NCBI RefSeq assembly: GCF_006345805.1
Contig: NC_043005.1
Span: 75,578,001-75,642,000, forward strand
Length of the DNA stretch: 64,000 nt
Source of the DNA: Octopus sinensis
Lineage: Eukaryota
Reading direction: 5' to 3'
Shown: positions 52,461-64,000 of the stretch, one piece after another
Position numbering within the stretch: position 1 is the stretch's first letter
How the letters are laid out: each line of letters starts with the position of its first letter
Program-made: the position numbers and the translations under genes
Notes under the pieces: model-generated
What the model was told of the DNA's origin: nothing
The model's database searches: none
Seen by the model: only the letters and a program-made list of their open reading frames with translations

Positions 52461-53234
52461 AGGTATCTAAAGTAATTCAGCTTGACTCAGTCCATCTCTC
52501 TTGAAAGTAAACTCAGTGAAGCATTTGGTTGAAGCATTGCAAATATTCAATGAACTTGCACTCGTCAGTTATTGAGTGCTACTCTTACCTAAAACGAACA
52601 GCAGTATCACTACATGATAGTTATTTACAATTGGGTTAATGATCCAATTGAAAGCTAAGTGTCTTGGCCATATAGTCAGTGATATCAGACATCTGTTGAG
52701 TTGATTGTGTTATGTACTCAGCGTCAAACAGTTAGAAGCAGCAAGCAGTAAATTTGAATTATGGAGTAAATTAAATAGAATAAAAATTATGATCATATCA
52801 GATATTCTGCTACTGAATAAATGACTAGATATTAGATTTTAAAACTTGCCAACCTGTCTAATGTTACTCAGAGATTATAGCTCATGGCTCTCATCTGTCT
52901 CATCTATTATACTGTAATGATTCTGAAGTGATTAAGAAGACTAATGTGAAGACTTTCCAACACAAAACTTTCTAGAAATCAAATATTAACTTTAGACCAG
53001 ATCACATTGAAAGATTACCTTAACTTAGTCAATATCATATTAAGAAAAATAATTATGAAGCAAAAGTTATTTTTCTATTTTTGCTGATGAAAACAGACAA
53101 AGCAAGCACTACCAAAACAAATCTAACCCAATGACTTCTTGAATTACTTCCAAAATCTCAATGTACTTGAATTTTTTTATGAAAACGGAACTAATAAGAA
53201 AGACAGGCAGGGTGAGGGGAGAGAATTAGTTAGT

Positions 53235-53305
<71 letters not shown>

Positions 53306-53779
53306 CAGCATTATATCTTGGTTTCACTTTAAGATGTAATCGTATTTAAGCAAAATAATACAATAAAATGGAAAACAAAAGAAAAATAATAGTAATGAAA
53401 AAATTAAAACAAATAAACTTTGGAATGTTCTGTTTAGTCAGTGAAGTATGAAATCAGATGAGTTCATGGATAGAAAACAGTCTACTTGTCATACAATATA
53501 CATTATATATATATGTGTGTATATATATATATATATATGATATATGCTTGCATATGTGCTCACTCTCTCACATGTATGTGTATGATTTTACCAATATTAA
53601 TTTTTCTTCTTTTTATTTCTATATACACTTTTATATTTTAAGATTTCAAATAAAAATATATTTGGTTTTCCATTTTCATTTATTTTTAAAAGTCATTTAT
53701 TTAACATTGTTTGACTTAAAAGGATATAAATTCAAAGAATGGACAAAGCAAAACAATTTGTACATCAATAACAATGTCA

Positions 53780-53813
<34 letters not shown>

Positions 53814-53845
53814 CGATGATGATGATGATGATGATGACGATGATA
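53780..53845. repeat. (GAT)n microsatellite
   Basis: Directly visible; gives spurious poly-Asp and poly-His ORFs. Confidence 0.95.
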
Positions 53846-54424
53846 AGGATAATAATATAATAACATGTTCAAACATTCAGAATATTGAAGTAAAAGATGG
53901 TTAACAATACTTTTATATGTGTTAATCCTTTGATGGTAATGTTTGAGAGAAAATGTGTACAAATAGGTTTTAATTCATTGTAGAGTTGATTTCAACACAA
54001 GAGTAAATGTTCTCTTCAAAGTTGAAATTTTGATCAAACTAAACCAAGAAGATAAACAAAGAAGCCCTTTATGACTTGTGAGTGAAAGAATGGAGCAGAT
54101 TTCAAAATTGGTAGGGTGTTTAGAGTATTTTTGAAGTCCTCATTTACATGCAATTTATTTTGGGTACAATACCCAGGCAAGTTTATCCCTCTTCTGGCCA
54201 TACCCATTATATTTTCCTACACAAACAAATATAGTTTTATTCCTTATAATTTGTATGGCTTAGTCAAAGCAAGAAGAACTGAACCAAATAACCTTTTACA
54301 GGACTTTTGAGAATGGAAGGGGAAAAGCAGAAACCATGAGATATAGGTTATCCTCAGAATGGACATGACATTTGTTTTCAAATGTTTGTGATAAAGTGGT
54401 TTCTACTGAAGTAACCCAAAGACC

Positions 54425-54838
54425 AGGTGATGGTTTTCAAACTCCACCTGTGTAACACCCCTGGACATGTTTGCAAAGTCACCTTTTCAAACTCCACCTG
54501 TCTGACACCCGTGGACATGTTTACAAAGTCAGAAAATAGCACAGCTCCCATGACTTTGGGAAACATTTTTTCATGCAAAGAGTTCCTGAAGCATGGAACA
54601 AACTGCCGGCATCACTTGTTAGTTGTCGGAGCACTGCATCCTTCAAAACTTCCATGCTTCCTGAGATTCACCAACACTACACCTGACTTTCTCCCCTCCA
54701 TACACACGCAAGCATGTATCTGACTCATACATTGTTCACTTCCCAGACATTTGTACATTAAGGCACATGCTTTATATGCACTTTTGACAAGTTGTGGTGC
54801 ACCTGAACACTGTATGCAATAATTTCATTATTATTATT
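54425..54838 (+). pseudogene. CR1-type LINE 3' end with UTR and (att)n tail
   Basis: TRGHVYKVRK*HSSHDFGKHFFMQRVPEAWNKLPASLVSCRSTASFK matches the CR1 TRGH..K....R..FF..RV...WN.LP motif; local ~50-bp duplication at 54433-54531. Confidence 0.8.
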
Positions 54839-55059
54839 TTTTAAATTGCATGGTTAAGTCTACCACTGAAGAACAGGTGTGGTTCATCTGATGAACAACC
54901 TGCTCAGTTTCTGTCTACCCACTTTCTGCCAAGGTTGGTATTGAACTGTGAAGAACTGAACTGAGCCAGACACTTGCTGGAGGTGCTGTGCATTGAGACT
55001 GGATTTGGAACCATGTGATTGCCAAGTCTGTTCTTGTAATCATGTCTTTTATTTTTTGT

Positions 55060-55420
55060 CTTTTACTTGTTTCAGTCATTGGCTGGTGACCATGCTAGGG
55101 TACTGCATTGAAGGGTATTAGTCAAGCAAATTGCCCCCATCTCCAATTTTTTCTTAAGCTTGATACTTATTCTATTGGCCTCTTAAGCTGATCCACTAAG
55201 TTACAATGATGTAAACACACCAACTCTGGTTGTCAATGCAAAGACATACATATATAGGTACACATACACACGTGTGTGTGATGGGCTTCTTTCAGTTTCT
55301 GTCTTCCAAATTTGCTCACAAGGTGTTGGTTGACCCAAGGATAAATTAGAAGACACTTACCCAAGGTGCTATGTGGTGGGATTGAACCCAGAACTATGTG
55401 GTTGGTAAGGAAGCTTCTTA
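55060..55420 (-). mobile_element. SINE family A
   Basis: cttttacttgtttcagtcatt...gaagacacttacccaagg...gggattgaaccc. Confidence 0.8.
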
Positions 55421-55424
55421 ATTC

Positions 55425-55650
55425 TTTATTGCTCACAAGGGGCTAAACACAGAGGGGACAAACAAGGACAGACAAAGGGACTAAGTTGATTACATTGACC
55501 CCAGTGTGTAACTGGTACTTATTTAATCGACCCCGAAAGGATGAAAGGCAAAGTCGACCTTGGCGGAATTTGAACTCAGAATGTAATGGCAGATGAAATA
55601 GCGCTAAGCATTTAGCCTGGCATGCTAATGTTTCTGCCAGCCCGCCACCT
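55425..55650 (-). mobile_element. SINE family B
   Basis: Reverse complement of the 52231 copy. Confidence 0.88.
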
Positions 55651-55669
55651 TCTTATCACACAGCAATAC

Positions 55670-56009
55670 CTGCCCCTAATTCCCCTGGTAGTAATCCTTT
55701 TGGATTACTATGTGTGGGGCACAGTTGAGAAAAACATCAACCACACTGCCTGCAATTTGCAGGTCGAGTTGGTGGCCAAGATCAAGCAGGTGTTTGAAGA
55801 TCTTCTTAGCGACACAATGAGAAATGCATATGCCTGGCTTTGGAGCCATCTTGGGGCTGTGACAGAAGCAGAGGGTGGCTACTTTGAATAAGCTGCCAGC
55901 CATAATCTAGTTGATTATTTTGATTTTTTAAAATGCTTTTATTTCTGGACAGGATGTTGTGGTTTCCTTTTCTTTAATGCAAACTGTCAAATTTAGCTCA
56001 GACACCTTG
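55670..56009 (+). pseudogene. Tc1/mariner-superfamily (DD37D/maT-like) transposase 3' remnant with right TIR
   Basis: PNSPGSNP/LDYYVWGTVEK...LVAKIKQVF...LGAVTEAEGGYFE* (SPDLNPLDY..W motif); ends gacaccttg|TA. Confidence 0.75.
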
Positions 56010-56559
56010 TATATTTCAAGTTGTTTGAACAAATAAGATTTTGTTAGTTTTTAAAATCTTTTATTGGTTTTTCAGTCTCTGTCAATTTCTTATTGTCTTA
56101 AGCTTGTAATCAGTGTCCCATCGTATATCATTTAATCAATTTCTTCATCTAAACTTGCAATGGTGTCTGCAGTATCATCATCTCCTTGCAGATTATTTCT
56201 TTTCAGTCCAATTTATTATCAATGCTAGTCTTCAAAACGCTCTTGGAAACTATAAGTTCATGTAAAACATTCTAAACTATTTTAACCCAGGTGGGAACAA
56301 TAGTGAGGTCAGGCCTTTTGAGATTGCCTCCAGCTGTTATTTCCCCTTCATTTGCTGCTCTTCCCTTAGAGATTGTTTATTTTATTTACTTGGCATTTCC
56401 TGCAGCTAGGTTCTGTTCTTTCTCCACAAATTAATATTCTCAACAACACCAAACTTCCAGCTGTTCTTTTTAGCAAGTTATTTGATATTTAAGTTGAAAA
56501 TTATTTTATTGTAAGTACTATGTCTTTCTCTACATCCATTCTCTTATTATAAGAGTATA

Positions 56560-56939
56560 GGCGCAGGAGTGGCTGTGTGGTAAGTAGCTTGCTTACCAAC
56601 CACATGGTTCCGGGTTCATTCCCACTGCATGGTGCCTTGGGCAAGTGTCTTCTACTGTAGCCTCAGGCCGACCAAAGCCTTGTGAGTGGATTTGGTAGAT
56701 GGAAACTGAAAGAAGCCCGTCGTATATATGTGTGTGTGCTTGTGTCCAACATCGCTTGACAACCGATGCTGGTGTGTTTACGTGTCCATAACTTAGCAGT
56801 TTGGCTAAAGAGACCGATAGAATAAGTACTAGGCTTACAAAAAATAAGTCGCAGGGTAGATTTGCTCGACTAAAGGCGGTGCTGTAGCATGGCCGTAGTC
56901 AAATGACTGAAACAAGTAAAAGAGTAAAAGAGAAAAGAG
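56560..56939 (+). mobile_element. SINE family A, full-length reference copy
   Basis: tRNA-like A box (tggctgtgtgg) and B box (gggttcattccc), body, internal TA/TG tract, 3' half and (gtaaaaga)n tail. Confidence 0.93.
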
Positions 56940-56944
56940 AATAT

Positions 56945-57153
56945 ATTGGTTTCTAACTTTGGCACAAGGTTAGCAATTTCAGAGGGGTGGGTTACATTTA
57001 TTCTTGTATTCAACTGATGCTTATTTTATCAGCCCTGGAAAGATGAAAGGCAAAGTTGACCTCAGCAGAATTTGAACTGAGAAATAAGGATGGATGAAAT
57101 GCCACTAAGCATTTTACCTGGTTTTCTAATGATTCTGCTTGCTTGCCACCTTA
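56945..57153 (-). mobile_element. SINE family B
   Basis: ggtttctaactttggcacaagg...gatgaaaggcaaagttgacc...cttgccacctt. Confidence 0.85.
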
Positions 57154-57228
57154 ATAAGAGTATATATATTAAAATAGAAATAATACATTTCTAAATATCT
57201 CAGAGAGATTTATGCAGTAGTAGTACAA

Positions 57229-57344
57229 TAAAGTAGTTGTATACTGTCAACTTAAATGTGACAGTCCCATGAAGGGCTAAATAACAGTAGTATTATTCCT
57301 TTCATGGGTCTGACACATTAAGTTGACAGTATACAACTACTTTA
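57229..57344. repeat. ~116-nt fold-back inverted repeat
   Basis: taaagtagttgtatactgtcaacttaaatgtgacagtcccatgaagg pairs with cctttcatgggtctgacacattaagttgacagtatacaactacttta. Confidence 0.9.
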
Positions 57345-57486
57345 GTATATATATTGAACTGGCAAAAAGGTAGCCATCTTGTAGAATATATCAGCCTGTC
57401 AGACAAAATGCTCAGCAGCATTTCCTCTGGCTCTTTAGGTTCTGAGTTCAAATCCTGCTGAGGTCAATTTTCCTTTCATCTCTTCA

Positions 57487-57733
57487 AGTGAAGGTAACTC
57501 ATAAATGCTCCTTCACCCTCAACAGCAATCTATAGCGCCCTCCACTCCGCTGTCCCCCATCCCAATGTCAGAGCAACAGGGCTCTATCTTGTCTTACTTT
57601 AACAGCTTATCTTCTTATAAAACCCATTGACCTATTAAAACCTTCTCTAACCCTTTTGACACCAACCTGCAAAATGGGATTACCTCTGGTTCCCTAATAG
57701 AAATTTCCTGTTTTGAAGTGAGCTAAATTAAAA
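57487..57733 (+). repeat. 247-bp direct duplicate of 62786-63032, lying inside a SINE B (57355-57805)
   Basis: Both start agtgaaggtaactcataaatgctcc and end gaagtgagctaaattaaaa, with fewer than about 10 differences. Confidence 0.93.
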
Positions 57734-57894
57734 TAAGTACCAGTCATGTACTGGGGTTGATGTGATTGACTTGTCCTATCCCCTCAAAACTGTGTGCTTT
57801 GAACCCTGCATCGGACTAGTGTCTGTTTCAGAAGGAATGTTGTGATTGCAGTCACTTATACGCTGTGGAAAGTGGGTAACTGACTTTATGAGTC

Positions 57895-58615
57895 CTACTG
57901 CTTGATTGTGTGGTAGGAAGTATACTTCTAAACTGCATGGTTCTGGGTTCAGTCCTACTGTATGGCACCCCGTGCAAGTGTCTTCTATTATAGCCTTGGG
58001 CCAATCAAAGCCTTGTGAGTGGATTTTATAGATGGGAACGAAAAGAAGACCAAGAGTGGCTGTGTAGTAAATAGCTTGCTTACCAACCACATGGTTCTGG
58101 GTTCAGTCCCACTGCATGGCACCTTGGGCAAGTGTCTTCTACTATAGCCTTGGGCCAACCAAAGCCTTGTGAGTGAATTTGGTACACGGAAACTGAAAGA
58201 AGCCTGTCGTATGTATGTATGTGTGTATATGTTTGTGTGTCTGTGTTTGTCCACCCAACATCACTTGACAACCAATGCTGGAGTGTTTACGTCACTGTAA
58301 CATAGCGGTTCAGCAAAAGAGACCAATAGAATAAGTACTAAGATTACGAAAATTAAGTCCTGGGGTCGATTTGCTCGACTAAAGGTGGTGCTCTAGCATG
58401 GCTGCAGTCAAATGACTGAAGCAAGTAAAAGAGTGTGTGTGTGTGTGTGTCTTTGAGTTTGTCCCTCACCACTGCTTGATCCTGTAACTTAGCAGTTTGG
58501 AAAAAGAGATGAATAAAATAAGTACTGGGCTTAAAAAATCACTTCTAGGTTCAATCCATTTGACAGTACCACAGTATGGCCACAGTCTAATGAGCAATAC
58601 AAGTAAAAGAATAAA
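57895..58615 (+). mobile_element. Tandem SINE family A cluster (head 57895-58048, full copy 58052-58433, 3' half 58440-58615)
   Basis: Repeated A-family diagnostic blocks. Confidence 0.85.
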
Positions 58616-58839
58616 TGTACATTTTAAAAATATTTTTTCATGACTAGCATGCATCAGTGATGTAATTTTCTCATTTTAGACTGGAATCAATTAAACTGGC
58701 CATATCTGGCCTAAATATTTTACCTGATTTGTGTTGAAAACGGCTAGATTTGGCTTTGCACACCTACTCTGTAATATCATTCTAAAAATAAATATTCATA
58801 TCATGAAAATCTTAAAGCATTGAGATAATACATGATTAA

Positions 58840-59159
58840 CACATAAAGTGTGACAGGCCACAATTGTGGCTGTCAGGCACAGGTTGACAGGCCACGATTG
58901 TGGCCCAGATAGATGCATTTAATTCATGGGCGTTTGTTGGGGTCTAATGTCACTCAAATGCTGCGATACCCCCCAGAATGCAAGAGGACTAATAGTTCAA
59001 CTAATGACTTTTCAGATGATGTAAAACTTGTCACCGTTATTTACTAAGAAGATATTTTAACTATTTTTTTTGTTTTTTATGTGTGCATGGTAGTCTCATT
59101 TTCATAAAATGTGCTCAGCAGTCCATGCTATGTAAATGCAAATCCCAGTGCTTTATGGG
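58840..59159. mobile_element. piggyBac-type MITE nested in another TTAA MITE (~58690-59223)
   Basis: ttaa|cacataaagtg ... tgctttatggg|ttaa. Confidence 0.7.
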
Positions 59160-59274
59160 TTAATTAAAAACAATTTGAATAAATAAGCATTACATTTGAC
59201 AGAGTAATCTGAAGGCTAAAGGGTTAAGTAATAACTTTTAAACAATTGAGTTAGAACATCACTCCACCAGCATA

Positions 59275-59472
59275 CTCTCTTTTACTCTTTTACTTCTTCC
59301 AGTCATTTGACTGTGGCCATGCTGGAGCACTGCCTTTAGTCAAGAAAATCGACCCCAGGACTTATTCTTTGAAAGCCTAGTACTTATTCTATCGGTCTCT
59401 TTTGCTGAACCGCTAAATTACGGGGACGTAAACACACCAGCATCGGTTGTCATGCAATGTTGGGGGGGACAA

Positions 59473-59516
<44 letters not shown>

Positions 59517-59688
59517 TATATATACAATGGGCTTCTTTCAGTTTCCATCTACCAAATCCACTCACAAGGCTTTGGTCAGCCCAAGGCTATAGTAGAAGAT
59601 ACTTACCCAAGGTGCCATGCAGTGGGAATGAACCCGGAACCATGTGGTTGGTAAGCAAGCTACTTACCACACAGCCACTCCTGCGCAT
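59275..59688 (-). mobile_element. SINE family A, full length
   Basis: Reverse complement of the 56560 copy, ending acacagccactcctgcgc. Confidence 0.92.
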
Positions 59689-60127
59689 GTTAACGGAAAT
59701 TACAATAATCACTGGAGGTATTCACAATACACAAAGTGTTTTATCAACTGGGGCAACGAAGTGACTTGGAGACTACTGCCTTTGGCATCTTCGTTTTCAT
59801 AGATTTGTTGACATGCTTATCTTAGTTTTACATTAGAATTTATTGCGAACCCATGAATATTTTACCCTGATTGTTTGTATGAAATTTTCACAGTTTACAC
59901 AAGTAAATATAGTAACCTTTTCATTGAAATTAGATGTGTTTATATATTGTTTATTTATTCTTCTATCCTTTTACGTGTTTCAGTCGTTGGACTGTGGCCA
60001 TGCTGGGGTAATTTGAACCTCAGCATTTACGACTTTTTGTTTTTTGTGTGTAGTGCTTTTCCAATGGAGACACAAGCAAGCTAGCATCGATTGTCAAGTG
60101 GTGGGCGACAAACACAAAAACATAACT

Positions 60128-60505
60128 CTCTTGTACTTGTTGCAGTCATTTGACTGTGGCCATACTGGAGCACTGCCTTTAGTCGAGCAAATTGACCTTA
60201 GTCTTTGTAAGCCTAGTACTTATTCTATTGGTCTCTTTTGCTGAACCGCTAGGTTATGGGGACATAAACACACCAGCTTCGGTTGTCAAGCGATGTTGGG
60301 AGGACAAACATAAACACACATATATATACATATACATATATACGACAGGCTTCTTTCAGTTTCCGTCTACCAAATCTACTCACAAGGCTTTGTTTGGCCC
60401 GAAGCTATAGTAGAAGACACTTGCCCAAGGTGCCATGCAGTGGGACTGAACCCGGAACCATGTGGTTGGTAAGCAAGCTACTTATCACACAGCCACTCCT
60501 GCGCC
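60128..60505 (-). mobile_element. SINE family A, full length
   Basis: Reverse complement of the 56560 copy. Confidence 0.92.
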
Positions 60506-60829
60506 ACACATACATATGTATCTGTGTGTATGTTTACGTATGTGTGTACACACACACACACACACACAAGTTTCCACACAGTTTCTGGCTATGTAAAGCA
60601 ATTTTTATCATACAAGCCACTGACAGAGCCTCTGCATAGTTGTCCAACAAGTTAGAAACAGTACCCATATCTTCCTCAAATCATTCAGTACCAGCTTAAA
60701 AAATCATGTACTCACTGGATAGTGCAGTCTTAAACATATGCTTAAAAAACACCACCAAAAGATAGAAGAATAACATAGCTGGAACAATGTTAATCACAGA
60801 TCTACCCATTCAGTGCTAACTGAATTGGT

Positions 60830-61874
60830 TGAATAACAATTCAGATGGTTATGTCAAACTGCGTAAGACTGTGGTCAATCCCTGGCTGGAGGGGGCTGCT
60901 GCTGGAAGGCCATGTATAGCAGGAGCATTCAGCTCCTTTACTATACCTCTGGAAAGAGTCAGAAGCAGTTGTCAGAGAATTTCTACGACTTCACCAACCC
61001 CAGTCTCTGGTCTGGTGACTGGCGTCCGTGCTAGCAGGGTGCAAAGAGCACCTTACAAGCATGATCATTGACAGAGCGGCTAACCGGCTTCCATGCCAGT
61101 GGCACTTAAAAGGCACCATCCGAGCGTGATCATTACCAGCATTGCCTTCCTAGCACTTGTGCCTGTGGTAGTAGGGTGCCAAGAGCACCATCCAAGCGTG
61201 ATCATTGCCAGAGCAACCAACTGGCTTCAGTGCCTGTGGAACGTAAAAGGGCACCATTCGAGCATGATCGTTACCAATGTCGCCTTACTGGCACCTCTGC
61301 TGGTGGCATGTGTAAAAAGATTCAAGCAAGGTCGTTGCCAGTACCGCCTGACTGGCCCCCGTGCCGGTGGCATGTAAAAAGCACCCACTACACTCTCGGA
61401 ATGGTTGGCGTTAGGAAGGGTATCCAGCTGTAGAAACTCTGCCAAATCAAGATTGGAGCCTGGTGCAGCCAACTGGTTCGCCAGCCCTCAGTCAAAATCG
61501 TCCAACCCATGCTAGCATGGAAAGCGGACGTTAAACGATGATGATGATGATGAAGATGTAATTCCATGGATTACAGTATGTGAGCACAGCTGAGAAAGAC
61601 ACCAACTGCTCTGCCTGAAACACCAAGGTTGAGCTAGAGGCCAAGATCAAGGAGGTATTAGAATATCTTCCCAAGGTCAAAATAAAGAATACATACACCA
61701 GGTTCTGGAGCTGTCTTTGGGGCTTGGTGGAAGCTGGAGGTGGCTATTTTGAGTAAACTGTTATCTCTTAGCCACAATCCAGTTGACATTTTTTAATTTT
61801 TAAAAATTTTTGGATGGGGCATTGTATTTTCTTTTCTGTATATGGAAACTGTCAAATTTAGTTTGAACACCCTG
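60830..61874 (+). pseudogene. Second DD37D/maT-like Tc1/mariner remnant, split by a family D insertion (61010-61555)
   Basis: NSDGYVKLRKTVVNPWL..GRP..HSAP..SGKSQKQLSENFYDFTNPSLW, then ..MDY..LEAKIKEV..LVEAGGGYFE*; right end aaactgtcaaatttagtttgaacaccctg shared with the 56009 end. Confidence 0.75.
61010..61555 (+). mobile_element. Family D (RTE 3' UTR) copy with ~6 tandem units
   Basis: gcaccatccgagcgtgatcatt-type units and the conserved tail. Confidence 0.88.
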
Positions 61875-61913
61875 TGTGTATGTGTGTGTATGTGTGTGTG
61901 TGTGTGTGTGTTG

Positions 61914-61953
<40 letters not shown>

Positions 61954-62949
61954 GATGGATGGATGGGTAGATGAATGCATGGACAGATGGTGCTATGCAT
62001 GTGTGTGTATTCTGAGATTTTTCGATAAATTTTGACAGTAATAATTCTTTTTTGGAACGGTGGATCTCAAAGGAAATAAAGTTATATATATATATATAAA
62101 ACATTGCATATGTAATAGCATCTAAATATTGGGTTAAAAGTCTCTTTGGATAAAAAAGCCTGTCACTTTTTATAGGAGATGAGAGTTTGTGTCCCACAAG
62201 AGCCTTTAACTTTTTCTGTCGAAAGAATTTTTTAACTCAACATTGACACCATATTATTTGCAACTTTATTTACTTTGAGATCCACCATTTCAAATAAGAA
62301 TTATGTATATATATATATATCATAATCTGTGTGAATAAATGATATAATTATCATTTTTGTTTATTTTTTTATTAAAAAAATTGTTTTTGTTTCCATTTGT
62401 AGATTTATTTATGGCTGGTGGCTTGTAAATAATTGTGAAAAGATTGAGTTAATTAAGTGTTGTACTAGTAGTTCATGAGTCATTAGTTAAATTTAGTGCA
62501 AGTAATTTGTGGTAGACTTTGTAAAGGATGCTAAACTCTAAAGTATCTTTGAGTTCATCTAAGTTTTGGAAATTAATACCAGATCAGGAAATGTCACTTG
62601 CAATTGAGAAGAAGATTTATCTCTTAGCAGAGAGATAAGTACTTAAATTTTAAGTACTACTCTTTATCATCCTTCAGAGTTTTAAGATTTAAAAAAACGA
62701 CAAACAAACAAAAAAATGAAGTGTAGAATTGGAAACAGTTGTTAAAAAGATTTTTATTAGGTTGACCTAAATTGTAACTTTTCTCAGTGAAGGTAACTCA
62801 TAAATGCTCCTTCATCCTCAACAGCAATCTATAGCACCCTCCACTCCGCTGGCCCCCCATCCCACTGTCAGAGCAACCAGCTCTATCTTGTCTTACTTTA
62901 ACAGCTTATCTTCTTATAAAACCCATTGACCTATTAAAACCTTCTCCAA

Positions 62950-63385
62950 CCCTTTTGACACCAACCTGCAAAATGAGATTACCTCTGGTTCCCTAATAGA
63001 AATTTCCTGTTTTGAAGTGAGCTAAATTAAAACCTTCCATCAAGATTCCATTTTAATTTATGTCCCATATAAGGCTTTGAGCTGGCAAAATCATTAGCAT
63101 GTTGGACAAAATGCTTAGCAATATTTCTTCTGTCTTTACATTCTGAGTTCAAATTCTGCCAAGGTCGACTTTGCTTTTTATTTTTTGGGGTGGTCAATAA
63201 AACAAGTACCAGTTGAATACTGGGGTCGATGTAATCGACTTACCCTCCTCTAGAATTGTTGGCCTCATGCCAGAATTTGAAACCAGTTTATGTCTCATAT
63301 ACATATTTGACTAAATTCTTCATTATTTTTTAAATTAGTTGAAATAAAGTCAGTGTATTTCAACAGGAATATGGCAATAAAAGAG
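62950..63385. mobile_element. piggyBac-type MITE containing a SINE B (63078-63285); a second MITE copy starts at 63390
   Basis: cccttttgacacc ... ggcaataaaagag|ttaa; duplicated ttatgtc.catat around the SINE. Confidence 0.65.
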
Positions 63386-63944
63386 TTAACCTTTTGGTCA
63401 CCAACCTACCTGAAACTGCACTTGGTTCCATGATAGAGTCTTTCTGTTTTGAAGTGATCTATATTTAAACCTTCCCTCAAGATTCCATTTTTATTTATGT
63501 TCCATATACCTATTTGATTAAATTCTTTATTATTTCTAATATCAGAATCATTAACACACCAGTGAAAATGCATATTGGCTTTTTGTCCATCTTTACATTC
63601 TGAATTCAAATTCTGCTGAGGTTAACTTTGCCTTTCATCCTTCCAAGGTCAATAAAACATTACTGACTTCCCCGCTCCCTTGAAATTGCTGGTCTTGTGC
63701 CAAAATTTGAAACTATTATGATTTAAAACAGTTACCCTTATAGTAGGAACTTTATATTACTATGATTCTTTGTCAGAAAATAAACCCAGAAAACACATTA
63801 CATGAATTTCTTCCAGGCTGCAATTAATTTCCAGCAATTAAAATGTTTGATAAATATATCTTAGGTTTTGTCATGCTGATGGTTTCTAAAAAGAATGAAA
63901 TAGTGCTATACAGGATTACTACAGACTAGAAATTCAAAGAACTT

Positions 63945-64000
63945 CATGATAAAGAAGTTTGCTTTCTAATTACATGGTTTCAGGTTCAGTCCCACTGTGT
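63945..64000 (+). mobile_element. SINE family A head (runs off the window)
   Basis: aagaagtttgctttctaattacatggtttcaggttcagtcccactg. Confidence 0.75.

Noticed and set aside
56140-56480. Possible decayed reverse-transcriptase fragment on the minus strand
   Set aside because: Only faint resemblance to RT motifs; not supportable without a profile search.

Overview
AT-rich, repeat-saturated eukaryotic non-coding DNA. It is most likely an octopus (coleoid cephalopod) intron or intergenic region, judged from the tRNA-headed SINE families and dense microsatellites. I found no intact protein-coding gene. Nearly all ORFs in the track are translations of (TA)n, (CA)n or (CAT)n repeats or of SINEs. The window holds: dozens of copies of at least three tRNA-derived SINE families; many 3'-UTR fragments of an RTE LINE carrying ~60-bp internal tandem units; decayed RTE and CR1-type LINE coding fragments; a fragmented Tigger/pogo transposase; two Tc1/mariner (DD37D-like) remnants; hAT- and piggyBac-type MITEs; a ~2.1-kb non-autonomous Helitron; and Penelope-like element remnants, one with a recognisable GIY-YIG endonuclease. 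The most notable signal is six hammerhead-ribozyme-like motifs in five different sequence contexts. One has an intact catalytic core (47784-47833, minus strand). Two lie in a head-to-head inverted element whose unit joins a tRNA-like Pol III head to a hammerhead (33331-33861). All calls were made by eye, and repeat boundaries are approximate unless TSDs or TIRs are quoted.
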